A stretch of 64,000 bases of DNA from a virus (lineage: Duplodnaviria; Caudoviricetes), in IMG/VR virus record IMGVR_UViG_3300023055_000005. The stretch is one strand, 5' to 3'. The notes beneath the pieces are model-generated. The model saw only the letters and a list, made by a program, of their open reading frames with translations. It did no database searches and was not told the origin of the DNA. The position numbers were made by a program, and so were the translations under genes. Positions 8,875-18,457 of the stretch are shown here, piece after piece (the first letter of the stretch is position 1; each line of letters begins with the position of its first letter).

Positions 8875-11106
8875 ATGTCACGTTCACGTTCCCGCCTTCC
8901 CGTCGATCCGGAGTTTGTCGACAAAGGCTATTTTGTCCGTGGGTTGCCCGAGCGCATCCCGGATCGCTACATCCCCAATATCCAAATCCCCGGCGCCATC
9001 GAGCGCGACCTGCCGTTGATCGCAGGCGTCGTACTGCAGGAACTGCAGGCCGACTACGGTCGTCATGAGCTGCGTACGTTCCTGTACAACATGATGGCCG
9101 AGAACGAATTCGACAACAAGGACTACGACCAGCTCGTCGGTTCTGTCGCCGAAGCGTTCTTCTTCTTCTTCGAAGGCGAGCGCATGGAAGCCCCCGATGC
9201 GCTGCGCAAGGCAACCCAGGTGGTGCTGCGCTTCACCATGGCGCTGTACGTGGAGAAGTATCCCGAGCTGGACGAGTACGTCGACGGCAAGATGGATCGC
9301 GAACTGCGTGATGCCATGGACGACGGTCGTGACCTCATCGCTGACATCGAAGACTTCAACCGTGGTTCGCGCCGTGGTCGTGGTCGCGATGACCGTGATG
9401 ACCGCGGTCGTGGTCGTGGCGACGATCGTGACGATCGCCGTGGTGGTCGTAGTCGTGGTCGCGAAGATGGTGGTTACCGTGGTAATGGTAGCCGTGGTTA
9501 CGGTGGCAGCCGTCGTCGTGATGAAGAAGACGACACCGATGCAACGGCAACTCGCCGTGGCGGCATGGCTGGTGTGGTGCGTGCGTCGAGCAAGGACAAT
9601 CGCGATGACCGCCCCAGTCGTGATGAGCGTAGCAGCCGTCGTGACACCCCGCGTGAAGACCGCAGCCGCGAGTTCTCCTCCGGTGGCGTGGAAGAACGTG
9701 GTGGCAACGATCTGCATGCCGTGGAAGAAGAACTGCATGCCAGCCCGCGTGGCCACAACTACCAGAACCACGAAGCACAGCGCAAGGCCGATGCAACTCC
9801 GTCGCGCCCGATGCCGAAGCTGTTTGATCGCAGCAAGGGCACCGTGGTCTCGGCCGATACCGTCGACAAGGACGCAACCCTGCGTGCCAACATCCGTGCC
9901 GGCCGTCCCTACGACCGCGTGGACCTGGAAGACGGTTCCTTCGTCATCCCGGAAGTGCTGAGCACCTACAAGAAGACCTTCAGCCCGGAGCAGCCGTTCG
10001 CTCTGGTGTACGATCCCAACCTCTTCGTCAAGTTCCACCGGGTCTATCCCGATGGTCGTGTCGATGAAGTTGTCAAAGAGCGAAATGCCGACATGGACTA
10101 CCTGGACCTGGAAACCGACGAGAACCGCAAGAGCAAGGCGCAGCATCAGCGTCGCCAGGGTCGTGTCGACCCGCGCTTCGACCTGGTCGCCAACATGCAC
10201 AAGAAGGGCGAAAAGATGGTCGGCGTCGAGCTGGCCGCACCGAGTGGCGAAGTGACCGAAGGCAGCGAAGAAAGCACCTTCGACAACCTGGTCTTCGGTC
10301 CGGACACCGAGATCGGCGAAGTGGCTACCACCGTGCCGGCAATGTCGGTGGCTCAGGCCATTGCCATGACCGAAGTGGTGGCAGTTGAAGATGAAGGTGA
10401 AGACACTCCCAAGGAGTTCTACATCGACATCCTCACCCCGCACCTGGTGGAAGCCAACCTGATCGGTACGTTCCTGGCCATCGGCAAGGAAAAGACCGTG
10501 CAGGCTGCACTGGCCAAGTTCAGCCAGCTGCAGGGCCAGGAAGATGTGCCGGTCCGTCTGTGGCATCAGCTCAACGATGCGCTGACCGCTCGCATCAACT
10601 ACGTGCTGAAGAACTCGATGGGGCTGAGCTGGACCATCGATACCGCTGCTGACGACTTCGGCGATCTGCTGAAGGCGATGCAGGCCAAGGCAAGTGTGGG
10701 CGTGGCTGCTGCCAACCTGCTGAACTCCAAGGTCGACGAGGTGTTCAACTCGGTCATGCGTGTTCTGAAGGACGAAGAGCTGGCTCGCTTCGCTGAAGAG
10801 TACGGCAAGGCTGGTGCAGGCATGCATTGGCTGGTCTTCGCTCGTCGCCAGTCGGTGACGCTGCTGAGCTGGTCCAGTGCTGACATGGGTCCGTCGCTGG
10901 TCAACGGTGGCGTGGTGTCCGAACAGCTGTACCCGGCACTGCACGCTTCGCTGGATCGTCTGCTGCAGCGCACGGCGATCGTGGGTGGTGAGTTCTGCCA
11001 TCGCTACCTGGTCACCGAAGACAACGTGGCGTTCGATCTGCAGGTCGGCTTCTTCAACAACAGCCATTACGTGCTGACGCCGTCCAAGGTTGACATCATG
11101 GGCTAA
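8875..11106 (+). CDS. Large conserved hypothetical protein with RGG/RD low-complexity insert
   Basis: 743 aa, GGAG RBS, strong codon bias, R/G/D-rich tract at about 9355-9720. Confidence 0.85.
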   Translation: MSRSRSRLPVDPEFVDKGYFVRGLPERIPDRYIPNIQIPGAIERDLPLIAGVVLQELQADYGRHELRTFLYNMMAENEFDNKDYDQLVGSVAEAFFFFFEGERMEAPDALRKATQVVLRFTMALYVEKYPELDEYVDGKMDRELRDAMDDGRDLIADIEDFNRGSRRGRGRDDRDDRGRGRGDDRDDRRGGRSRGREDGGYRGNGSRGYGGSRRRDEEDDTDATATRRGGMAGVVRASSKDNRDDRPSRDERSSRRDTPREDRSREFSSGGVEERGGNDLHAVEEELHASPRGHNYQNHEAQRKADATPSRPMPKLFDRSKGTVVSADTVDKDATLRANIRAGRPYDRVDLEDGSFVIPEVLSTYKKTFSPEQPFALVYDPNLFVKFHRVYPDGRVDEVVKERNADMDYLDLETDENRKSKAQHQRRQGRVDPRFDLVANMHKKGEKMVGVELAAPSGEVTEGSEESTFDNLVFGPDTEIGEVATTVPAMSVAQAIAMTEVVAVEDEGEDTPKEFYIDILTPHLVEANLIGTFLAIGKEKTVQAALAKFSQLQGQEDVPVRLWHQLNDALTARINYVLKNSMGLSWTIDTAADDFGDLLKAMQAKASVGVAAANLLNSKVDEVFNSVMRVLKDEELARFAEEYGKAGAGMHWLVFARRQSVTLLSWSSADMGPSLVNGGVVSEQLYPALHASLDRLLQRTAIVGGEFCHRYLVTEDNVAFDLQVGFFNNSHYVLTPSKVDIMG

Positions 11107-11112
11107 GGCCTG

Positions 11113-11134
11113 GCGGGGAGGGAAACTTCCCCGC
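11113..11134 (+). terminator. Short GC hairpin after the 743 aa gene
   Basis: GCGGGGA-GGGAAAC-TTCCCCGC followed by an A-rich tract, no U tract. Confidence 0.4.
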
Positions 11135-11164
11135 TGTAAAAAGAAACAGCGATACGCAATAATG

Positions 11165-11366
11165 TGGAGCTAGAGTTCCTTTCCTAGTGCTCGAACCTCC
11201 TGACGTGTAGCCCGACCATGGGCGTTGGATTAGCGACGGTTGATCCTTCATGACTGCACGCGCCGCCTTAACCACCTTGGGGCACCGCGGTAGTCTATCC
11301 ACGTCACAACCTGCATATCCCCTGCCATCGTTTAAGGACGGTGGTGGGGGAGTGCTTTTTATGCCC
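11165..11366 (+). ncRNA. Candidate structured RNA or long structured 5' leader
   Basis: About 280 nt intergenic gap with nested stems: 11201-11210/11296-11307, 11227-11234/11239-11246, 11262-11291 and 11319-11349. G-U pairs are valid only on the + strand. Confidence 0.45.
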
Positions 11367-11387
11367 TTATCCCCAATGGAGTTGTCC

Positions 11388-12398
11388 GTGAATACCCCGA
11401 TGTTTTCCCTCGAAGACGATACCAACACCGTCTACGACCGCACTCCCGTGATGGCAACCATTGGTTCCCGTCTGGCCAGTTTCAACGATCGGATGGAATA
11501 CCGCAATCTGGAAACCCGTCTGGTCGTCAGCCACGAAGCAGCGCAGGAGCATGTGCCTGCTGACTTCGTTGCAATCGAATTCGAACAGTTCCCCACTGAG
11601 GATGAGACCTTCTCCATCCGGCAGGAACTGATCATGTCCGGCCTGTACATGCGTGCCCATCTCGATCCGGGTAAGCAGACCATCGAATCTACCCAGATCA
11701 CCGTCGGCATGTTGGAGGTCATGTGGACTCCTCTGTATGACAACCTGGTCGAGATCATCGAACGTATCAAGCAGCCCCTGCGGGTTCGCCGCTTCACCAT
11801 CACCAAGACCGACGAACTTGGCGAGACCACCGCTTCCTTCTTCATGTCCGCCTACAGCGTACCGCGGGCAAATCAGGACATGGTCCTTGACGAAATCGGC
11901 CTGCCGATGCGCGTCAAGCTCAACGAAGCGCTGGCCTCTGACGGATTCAACTACGCACTGGCCTACTCCAAGACGGTTGGTGAGCGTGTCTACGTGTTCA
12001 TCGAGGAAACCGATCCGGGTGCCGGTAAGGAACTGAGTACGGTTATCCTGAGCACCGATGACTACAACGACATCATCGCCAGAGCAGAAAGCGATCCGTT
12101 GATGCTCCCGGCGGCCAATCAGCTGCACATGCGTACGGAACTGTTGACGAAGATCATCGACAAGCATGTCCGCAAATTGCAGTACACCCTCGGTGGGCCG
12201 AGTGAGTATCCGGATATGTCCTACGACTCCTTCACCGGCCTGCAAATGGAACTGGAGCACAACGGCTTCATCGCCGCCGCCGCCAAGCTGCACTCCATGG
12301 GGGGTGTCGATAAGGTCATTCGTGGCAGTCAGGTTTCGCACCTGTACGTCATGCTGACCATGGCTGACTATGCCGACGAGCATAGCGCCATTCTCTAA
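11388..12398 (+). CDS. Hypothetical protein (possible virion protein)
   Basis: ORF 11250..12398; GGAG at 11378-11381 precedes an in-frame GTG at 11388. Confidence 0.7.
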   Translation: MNTPMFSLEDDTNTVYDRTPVMATIGSRLASFNDRMEYRNLETRLVVSHEAAQEHVPADFVAIEFEQFPTEDETFSIRQELIMSGLYMRAHLDPGKQTIESTQITVGMLEVMWTPLYDNLVEIIERIKQPLRVRRFTITKTDELGETTASFFMSAYSVPRANQDMVLDEIGLPMRVKLNEALASDGFNYALAYSKTVGERVYVFIEETDPGAGKELSTVILSTDDYNDIIARAESDPLMLPAANQLHMRTELLTKIIDKHVRKLQYTLGGPSEYPDMSYDSFTGLQMELEHNGFIAAAAKLHSMGGVDKVIRGSQVSHLYVMLTMADYADEHSAIL

Positions 12399-12433
12399 GA
12401 ACACAAGTCTCGCCTGGTGACATAGGCGCTTTT

Positions 12434-12521
12434 GCCCACTCCTATCCGGGGGGTGGGCACTTTTTTGCCGTCTCTTTTTTTTTGTCTTCGCGGCATAAAG
12501 GGAGGCCCCGAAGGGCCTCCC
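12434..12521. terminator. Pair of terminators between convergent genes
   Basis: TGCCCACTCC-TATCC-GGGGGTGGGCA plus T-tract for the + gene; CGGCATAAA-GGGAGGCCC-CGAA-GGGCCTCCC for the portal gene; T9 tract between them. Confidence 0.75.
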
Positions 12522-12529
12522 AGTTCCTA

Positions 12530-15500
12530 TTACGGCTTTGCCTGTTCCATCGTGACAACCTTGACGGGCAGACGATGTGCACCATCGGCGTTTGCACGAG
12601 ACAGACGCTTCAGACCATCGAGGATGACCACACGTCCATCTTCCTCACGCACGCCAATCAGCGGGTAGCTGTAGTCGGCACGGGAGACCAGACGCGGAGA
12701 CATCGAGCCAGCCTGATGGAGATTGAAGCGCAAGTCCTTCACTTCAATCAGCTCCGGTTCGAGGGCGTGTGCCGAACGCAGCAGCGGGTTGAGCGGACGA
12801 CTCACAGCATCGTAGAAGTAGACGCGATCATCGGCTTCCTGATAGAGATCAGCGATGGATTCAGTGGAAGCTTCTTCGCCACCTTCCTCCGTCGCCTCAG
12901 CTGCACCAGCATCAGCAGCAGCGTCTTCTTCACCAGTGTCCTCCTGCTCTTCCTCCTGCTGCTCGTCTTCCTGACCCTCTTCAGCGCCTTCATCGGCACC
13001 TTCGTCAGCGCCAGTATCCGTATCAGTACCCAGACCATCGTCCTGAGGCATGCCGGTGTCGTCAGCCGGCGGAGCACCGCCGTCATCCGGAGGCGTTTCA
13101 TCCTGAGGTTCGCGCTTCTCCACCAGCTTCTGGATACGGTCGATGTACTTGCCGAAGACCTTGTACAGCACCTTCATGTGCTCGGCAGCGGACTCGAAGA
13201 TGTTCACCTTGCCCTCTTCGTTCTCGTCCAGCTCCATCAGCTCGAACAGCTCGGGCATGATGTTGTTGGTACGCAGGAACTGACGCAGGTAGAAGGCAGT
13301 GGTCACAGCGACCAGTCCATCAACTGCAGTGGAGATGTCGGTCTGAGAGTCACCACCAGCATCGAACATTTCCTTGCTGATGTAGGCCGGCAGAACTTCA
13401 GCCAGCGCTTCCTTGTACTCCTTGTACGCCTCGACCTGAACCTTGATCTTGGTCGTGTCCGGAGAAGGCAGTTCGCAGATGACAGCGTCGATGAACAGCT
13501 TGACCACGTTGTCGACGTTCAGTTCCTGTCCATGGGAATGGATGTACTGACGGACTTCATCGCCCAGCTTGCCCTTGTTCTCGATGATGATCTTGCGCAG
13601 ACGGTCCAGCAGGGTGCCTGAGTTGTAGGTGTACTTCTGCACGAAGTCAGTGACATGCGGGCAGAACTGTTCCTGCGTCTTCAGCACGCGCTTGGTCAGC
13701 AGCAGGTTGTTGGTCACCGCCGTGGTCGCAAACTCCGGACCCTGGGCGTTGTCCACCATCTCCACCGGGATACCCAGCGACAGCGAGTGGTTCTTGCGCA
13801 GCAGGTTGTCCAGATCCAGATCCGGCTTGTTGACCTGTGCACCGAAGTCCTCGGCGTTGACTTCCGTGTTGGGGTAGCCATCGTTACCACTGACCACCAC
13901 TTCCACACCTGCGTTCTGCAAGAAGGAGATGATGTCCAGCGGGTTGGAGGCGCCCAGCGGGTAAGCCTGCTGACGGTTCTTGGAGAACTCGCCGATGATG
14001 AACTCGACGGTATCCACCGGATCGTCGTCACGCTCATCGAGCTTGATGTTCAGCTTCGTACGACCCACCGAGTTACGCAGCGAACCCATCGTGTTGGCAA
14101 ACATCAAGATTGCACGCATGCCAGCGAGGATCTTGGTGTCTTCCAGCAGCGAACGACCGATGCCGAACTTGTTGTAGTCGATGGCGAAGTAGGTCACCAT
14201 TTCAGCCGGGACGTACACCAGACGCGTGTCCTGGTTGGCCAGGGTACGAGCCAGCATGATCCGGAAGACTTCTTCCGGGCGAGCGATGGTCACGTTGTCA
14301 CCGCATGCACCGGCACGCAGACGAGCCAGCATGGTTTGTTCGACCATGTCCGAGTAGGCACGCTGGAGCGACTCACCGTCGATCTCGTTGTTGCCCTTCA
14401 TGCCGAACGTGCCACGATGCGTCGACTGGATCAGCTGACTGATCATGTCGTTGTTCGCATTCACGTTCTGGTTGAGCTGGTTGAAGTAGTCGTCCTGGGT
14501 GGACTTGTTGACCAGGTGACCCCGTTCATCGCAGACCAGGAAGTAGCCGAGATGATCGGAGGGATCGGACGGTACGAATACCGGGATCACAGCTTCCGAC
14601 GGCGCCTCGATGACCAGCGGGTGACCCTTGGTCTTGGTCTTCAGCTGGTCACGGGTATACAGGGTCTGCACCGGCATCGAAGCGTAACGACGCTGGCTGT
14701 ACAGAGCCGACTGCACCTCCATCAAGGTGGGCTTGCCATCGGTGCCGATGGACTCGGTGGCCACCGCTACCTTGGGCAGATTCAGCAGACCCTTGCGGTT
14801 GTTGCGACGCTTGAGGATGGCATCGCTGCGATGATGAATTGCCGCCTGTGCAAGCGCGGGCATCTTCAGCATCTCCGGGTTGTCGGTAATGAGCAACTTA
14901 CCGGTCTTTTCAGATGCAGCACCGTTGAACGGCTTGAAGACCGGATCGTAGTTCTTCGGACTTGCCGAGGCCTCCATACTGAAGGACTCCATGGCAAAGC
15001 CCACGCCAGCGGCCGTAGAACCACTCTTGGGAGCGTCGGCGCTCGTACCGGCAGGTTGGCCCAGCCAACCCAGCGAGTGCTGTCCTGCGCCTTCCACGGA
15101 CGCCTTGACGGACTCCATGGACGCACGCGTCGGATTGTTGATGACGTCGTCGATCGTGGATTCAGACAGGATGATCATCGGGCGCGAACCACGGTGATAC
15201 AGGATGTCTTCCAGCAATGTCGGAAGTCGGCTGTCAATCTTATAGACTTGCGTGAAGTGGGTAGAAACCACGTCCAACAACATGCCGGAAAGCTCGCTGT
15301 CGAAGATGCCCTCCTGCACACGGTAATTCAGTTTCGAGTTGATCATGTCCTTCGGGGACAGGATCGAGCTGACCATGATCTGCATGTTCAAACGCAGATC
15401 CGGCAACAGCTGCATCAGGTTGGCGGAATCGGTGACGTTGGTCGCCGTATTGTCGCTGAGCTTGGTGAAGAACTGATCACCCGGCAGGTTCACTTCGCGA

Positions 15501-15655
15501 CGACGGAACAGTCCACCGGTCTGGACTTCCCGGTTGGCGTAAACCAACTTGGAGACCACCGAGCCGAGTTGCGGACTCTTCTTCAGAGTCTCAATCTTCG
15601 GCATAGCCTTTCGGCGATCGCTGTCCTTCGGGAAGACGGGCGGCAGGTTGTTCAT
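12530..15655 (-). CDS. Portal protein (phiKZ gp129-like) with acidic linker and C-terminal ParB/Srx-like domain
   Basis: 1041 aa, GGAG RBS. Segments GHPLVIEAPSEAVIPVFVPSDPSDHLGYFLVCDERG, IDYNKFGIGRSLLED and ILMFANTMGSLRNS; N-terminal SMES/AMES/ATES sites; divergent from a large structural gene. Confidence 0.75.
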   Translation of the reverse strand: MNNLPPVFPKDSDRRKAMPKIETLKKSPQLGSVVSKLVYANREVQTGGLFRRREVNLPGDQFFTKLSDNTATNVTDSANLMQLLPDLRLNMQIMVSSILSPKDMINSKLNYRVQEGIFDSELSGMLLDVVSTHFTQVYKIDSRLPTLLEDILYHRGSRPMIILSESTIDDVINNPTRASMESVKASVEGAGQHSLGWLGQPAGTSADAPKSGSTAAGVGFAMESFSMEASASPKNYDPVFKPFNGAASEKTGKLLITDNPEMLKMPALAQAAIHHRSDAILKRRNNRKGLLNLPKVAVATESIGTDGKPTLMEVQSALYSQRRYASMPVQTLYTRDQLKTKTKGHPLVIEAPSEAVIPVFVPSDPSDHLGYFLVCDERGHLVNKSTQDDYFNQLNQNVNANNDMISQLIQSTHRGTFGMKGNNEIDGESLQRAYSDMVEQTMLARLRAGACGDNVTIARPEEVFRIMLARTLANQDTRLVYVPAEMVTYFAIDYNKFGIGRSLLEDTKILAGMRAILMFANTMGSLRNSVGRTKLNIKLDERDDDPVDTVEFIIGEFSKNRQQAYPLGASNPLDIISFLQNAGVEVVVSGNDGYPNTEVNAEDFGAQVNKPDLDLDNLLRKNHSLSLGIPVEMVDNAQGPEFATTAVTNNLLLTKRVLKTQEQFCPHVTDFVQKYTYNSGTLLDRLRKIIIENKGKLGDEVRQYIHSHGQELNVDNVVKLFIDAVICELPSPDTTKIKVQVEAYKEYKEALAEVLPAYISKEMFDAGGDSQTDISTAVDGLVAVTTAFYLRQFLRTNNIMPELFELMELDENEEGKVNIFESAAEHMKVLYKVFGKYIDRIQKLVEKREPQDETPPDDGGAPPADDTGMPQDDGLGTDTDTGADEGADEGAEEGQEDEQQEEEQEDTGEEDAAADAGAAEATEEGGEEASTESIADLYQEADDRVYFYDAVSRPLNPLLRSAHALEPELIEVKDLRFNLHQAGSMSPRLVSRADYSYPLIGVREEDGRVVILDGLKRLSRANADGAHRLPVKVVTMEQAKP

Positions 15656-15699
15656 TATCCACTCCAGTACACAAACATTTAAGAAGGGAGGACGCAGCG

Positions 15700-18399
15700 G
15701 TGTCCACTGCGTATTACAAACTTTACGTCGACGATGTCCTTGCGCTGGCGCGCTCGCTGGTTATCAAGTCAGCCAATGCTGCCGAAGCAAGCAATGCGTA
15801 CCTCCGTGAGCTGGGCTACGAAGTACGAGACGAAGATCCCAGCAGCTGGCGCTATTACAAGAACATGGCCGGCGAGTATCATCCAGCAGACAAACCGATG
15901 TATGTCACCTCGCTGGACACGCTTCAAAGAATAGAGTTCACCAAGGAAAGTTTGACAGAGCATCGCGTCACCAAGCGCGAATACTCGCTCCATGGGGACT
16001 ACTACAAGCAGTTGCGTGCCGCCTACCCGCGTCAGGTGAGCCTGATCAACGGTATCCTCAATCCTGTTGACCTCACCGCTGGGTTCACTCCCAACGACGC
16101 TGACAGCGAAAATTTCTCCACGGCTTACAACTGCGCCGACGGTACGATCTTGTACTACGACCCGACGTTGGTGGAGAGCAACGAGCGCAACTTGATCCCG
16201 CAACTGGAGGCATGGCTGCGCCGCGTACTTGTGCGCTGGTTGATCCCCGGCTTCCAGTTGACCGACGACATGTACTTCGGTGCAATGTTTGCGGCAATCG
16301 GTGCGAACATCCCCGGCAAGCTCATGGCGATCCGTGATGGCAATGCGCACACGCGCTATGCCCACAGCTTCCATATCCGTGAGTTCCTGGCCAGCCACGG
16401 CAAGCTGGACACGTTCATCGATACGCTGACCAAGAAGCAGATGCTCTGGCTGTATCGCAACATCCGCTACATCGAGCGCAATCCTGGTAAGCAGGAAACC
16501 TTCGATGACCTGCTACAGAACCTGCTGACCGAACGTGGCATCCCGCTGGCCAAGTGGGACATCCGTCATGATCTGGAAGAACAGCCTGAAGATATCGCCC
16601 CGACTCCGCGTCTGTTCCGTACGGCGCTGAACTTCGGCTTCAACCAGACCGGCGATGATGTACGCACGGTTGGTCGCATGCTCGATGCTGAGCAGCCTGC
16701 GGCAAAGGATAACGCAGCCATCCAGGGCTACGAGGAACCACTGATCATTGAAGCCATTGAAACGGCAGCAATGGACAAGTTCCCGACGAAGGTACTTGAA
16801 TCGGCCATGCTGGATCTGACCGACTCGATGCCTTTCACGCTCTCGGACACGCTGCTCAACCACTGGATCTTCTGGGGCAACAACGAGCGCTACTCGCCTG
16901 TCATCACCGTGCCTGATCCCCGCTCGGGTGAGGGTGTTCGCATGACGGTGCGCAATGCGTTCATCGTTTACCTGTGGGCCTACAACAAGGCTCGTGGCGT
17001 TGACCTGATCCGTCTGCCCAAGCTGGAAGCGCGCCACATCCTGCGTGACCCTGCTCCGCGTCCTTCGGAGCTGTGGACCATCGTGGATCGCAAGTACGTC
17101 AAGGACAACATCGTAGAGGCGCTCTACGCTGGGCACCCGGACATGATTCCTGCCAAGATCATTTCCACCGTGACCTTCTACGAGGCCTGCCAGGACATCT
17201 TCAACTACACCATGCACCAGCGCGACGTTTACGCAGCGCAGGAGCACGAGATGACCCGCGGCATGACCGAGGCGCTTGCGCACCGGTTCTTCTACAACGT
17301 CCCCGTCGACTTCGGCATCAATCTGTACTACGAGGATTGGCTGACCGAGAACAACTACCTGATCCACGACTACAGCGTCCTGGAACTGGATCTGTTGGCT
17401 ACCAACATCCTGCGTGCGGCAACCGGGATGGATAGCACCAACACCAAGTCGGCAAAGGAATTGCAGCAGGCGATGATCTCGCTGATGGAGCAGCTGTCCA
17501 GCTACGCCATCCAGTTCATTTCCTCCATCAACTCCGATGCACTGAAGATGGCAGACTTTGCTGTCATCCGACTGGGCGATGACTACACCTCCGCAGGTGA
17601 CGTCACGGATCTGTCCAAGCTGGCAGTGCGGGTGCTCAGTGCTGACACGTTGGCTCGACATGAAGTTGAGTACGACATGGTCGGGGACATGGTTGAGTTT
17701 GATGTAAGCTCCACCAAGTACCACGAGCTGAGCACTGACATGTCTGTCGGCTTTGAAGGTGGTGTGCAACGCGAGGTCACCGAGAACGTGGATGTTCTCA
17801 ACGTGCGCTTCTCCGTTGTGCAGGAACCGTCCAAGACGCTGGCAAGTCAGATCACCAGGACCACGCTGAGCGCCTTTGCGACCACTGCCCGCTTCACCGC
17901 GGGTAACTATCTCAAAGATGACAGCAACCCGTTGTTGGCAATGCCCAATGGTTGGTCGGTGATTCGCCGCATGAACGATGACAACACCGCAGCAGTGTAT
18001 CCCCATAATGCCACAGTCGCTCGTACGGGTGTGGTGGGTAGCAATGCCAAGGTGCTGGTGACCGCTGTTCCTCCGCGTAACACCGCAGAGCTGGAGCGCT
18101 ACACCGGAGTCATCGAACTGCAACTGCCGCTGTTGGATCTGGCAACGTACTTCACTGGCGCTAACCTGCGTTGGGATGGTAGTGTTCGCCCGATGGACGT
18201 CTACGAGGTTGTGGACTGGCTCAATCGCAAGTACGGCATGGAGCTGTCGCGTGATGAGTTCAACTACGTTGCTATCGCCACCAATGCAACCACGGTGACG
18301 ATGACAGCCTCGGCCAAGAGCATGCGACTGAAGGGGAGTTTCACTGTCCAAATTCCGGCCAGTGGCTTCCTGAGTAAGCTGACTGAAATGTTTGGCTAA
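15700..18399 (+). CDS. Virion structural protein, baseplate-wedge type, with a C-terminal tail-module extension
   Basis: 899 aa, GTG start. MSTAYYKLYVDDVLALARSLVIKS, WRYYKNMAGEYH and HSFHIREFLASHG are typical of the phiKZ-like protein encoded divergently from the portal. Confidence 0.7.
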   Translation: MSTAYYKLYVDDVLALARSLVIKSANAAEASNAYLRELGYEVRDEDPSSWRYYKNMAGEYHPADKPMYVTSLDTLQRIEFTKESLTEHRVTKREYSLHGDYYKQLRAAYPRQVSLINGILNPVDLTAGFTPNDADSENFSTAYNCADGTILYYDPTLVESNERNLIPQLEAWLRRVLVRWLIPGFQLTDDMYFGAMFAAIGANIPGKLMAIRDGNAHTRYAHSFHIREFLASHGKLDTFIDTLTKKQMLWLYRNIRYIERNPGKQETFDDLLQNLLTERGIPLAKWDIRHDLEEQPEDIAPTPRLFRTALNFGFNQTGDDVRTVGRMLDAEQPAAKDNAAIQGYEEPLIIEAIETAAMDKFPTKVLESAMLDLTDSMPFTLSDTLLNHWIFWGNNERYSPVITVPDPRSGEGVRMTVRNAFIVYLWAYNKARGVDLIRLPKLEARHILRDPAPRPSELWTIVDRKYVKDNIVEALYAGHPDMIPAKIISTVTFYEACQDIFNYTMHQRDVYAAQEHEMTRGMTEALAHRFFYNVPVDFGINLYYEDWLTENNYLIHDYSVLELDLLATNILRAATGMDSTNTKSAKELQQAMISLMEQLSSYAIQFISSINSDALKMADFAVIRLGDDYTSAGDVTDLSKLAVRVLSADTLARHEVEYDMVGDMVEFDVSSTKYHELSTDMSVGFEGGVQREVTENVDVLNVRFSVVQEPSKTLASQITRTTLSAFATTARFTAGNYLKDDSNPLLAMPNGWSVIRRMNDDNTAAVYPHNATVARTGVVGSNAKVLVTAVPPRNTAELERYTGVIELQLPLLDLATYFTGANLRWDGSVRPMDVYEVVDWLNRKYGMELSRDEFNYVAIATNATTVTMTASAKSMRLKGSFTVQIPASGFLSKLTEMFG

Positions 18400-18438
18400 C
18401 GGCATAAGGGGAGGGGCTCGCGCCCCTCCCTCTATGTC
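18400..18438. terminator. GGCATA-hairpin-TATG element between convergent genes
   Basis: CGGCATAAG-GGGAGGGGC-TCGC-GCCCCTCCC-TCTATGTCC. Confidence 0.75.
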
Positions 18439-18457
18439 CCCCTGCATCAGACGCTGA

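Noticed and set aside
11185-11292. tRNA-like words on the minus strand (GGTGGTTAAGGC, GGTTCGAG)
   Set aside because: No pairable T-arm or acceptor stem and the spacing is too long; G-U pairing favours a plus-strand structure.
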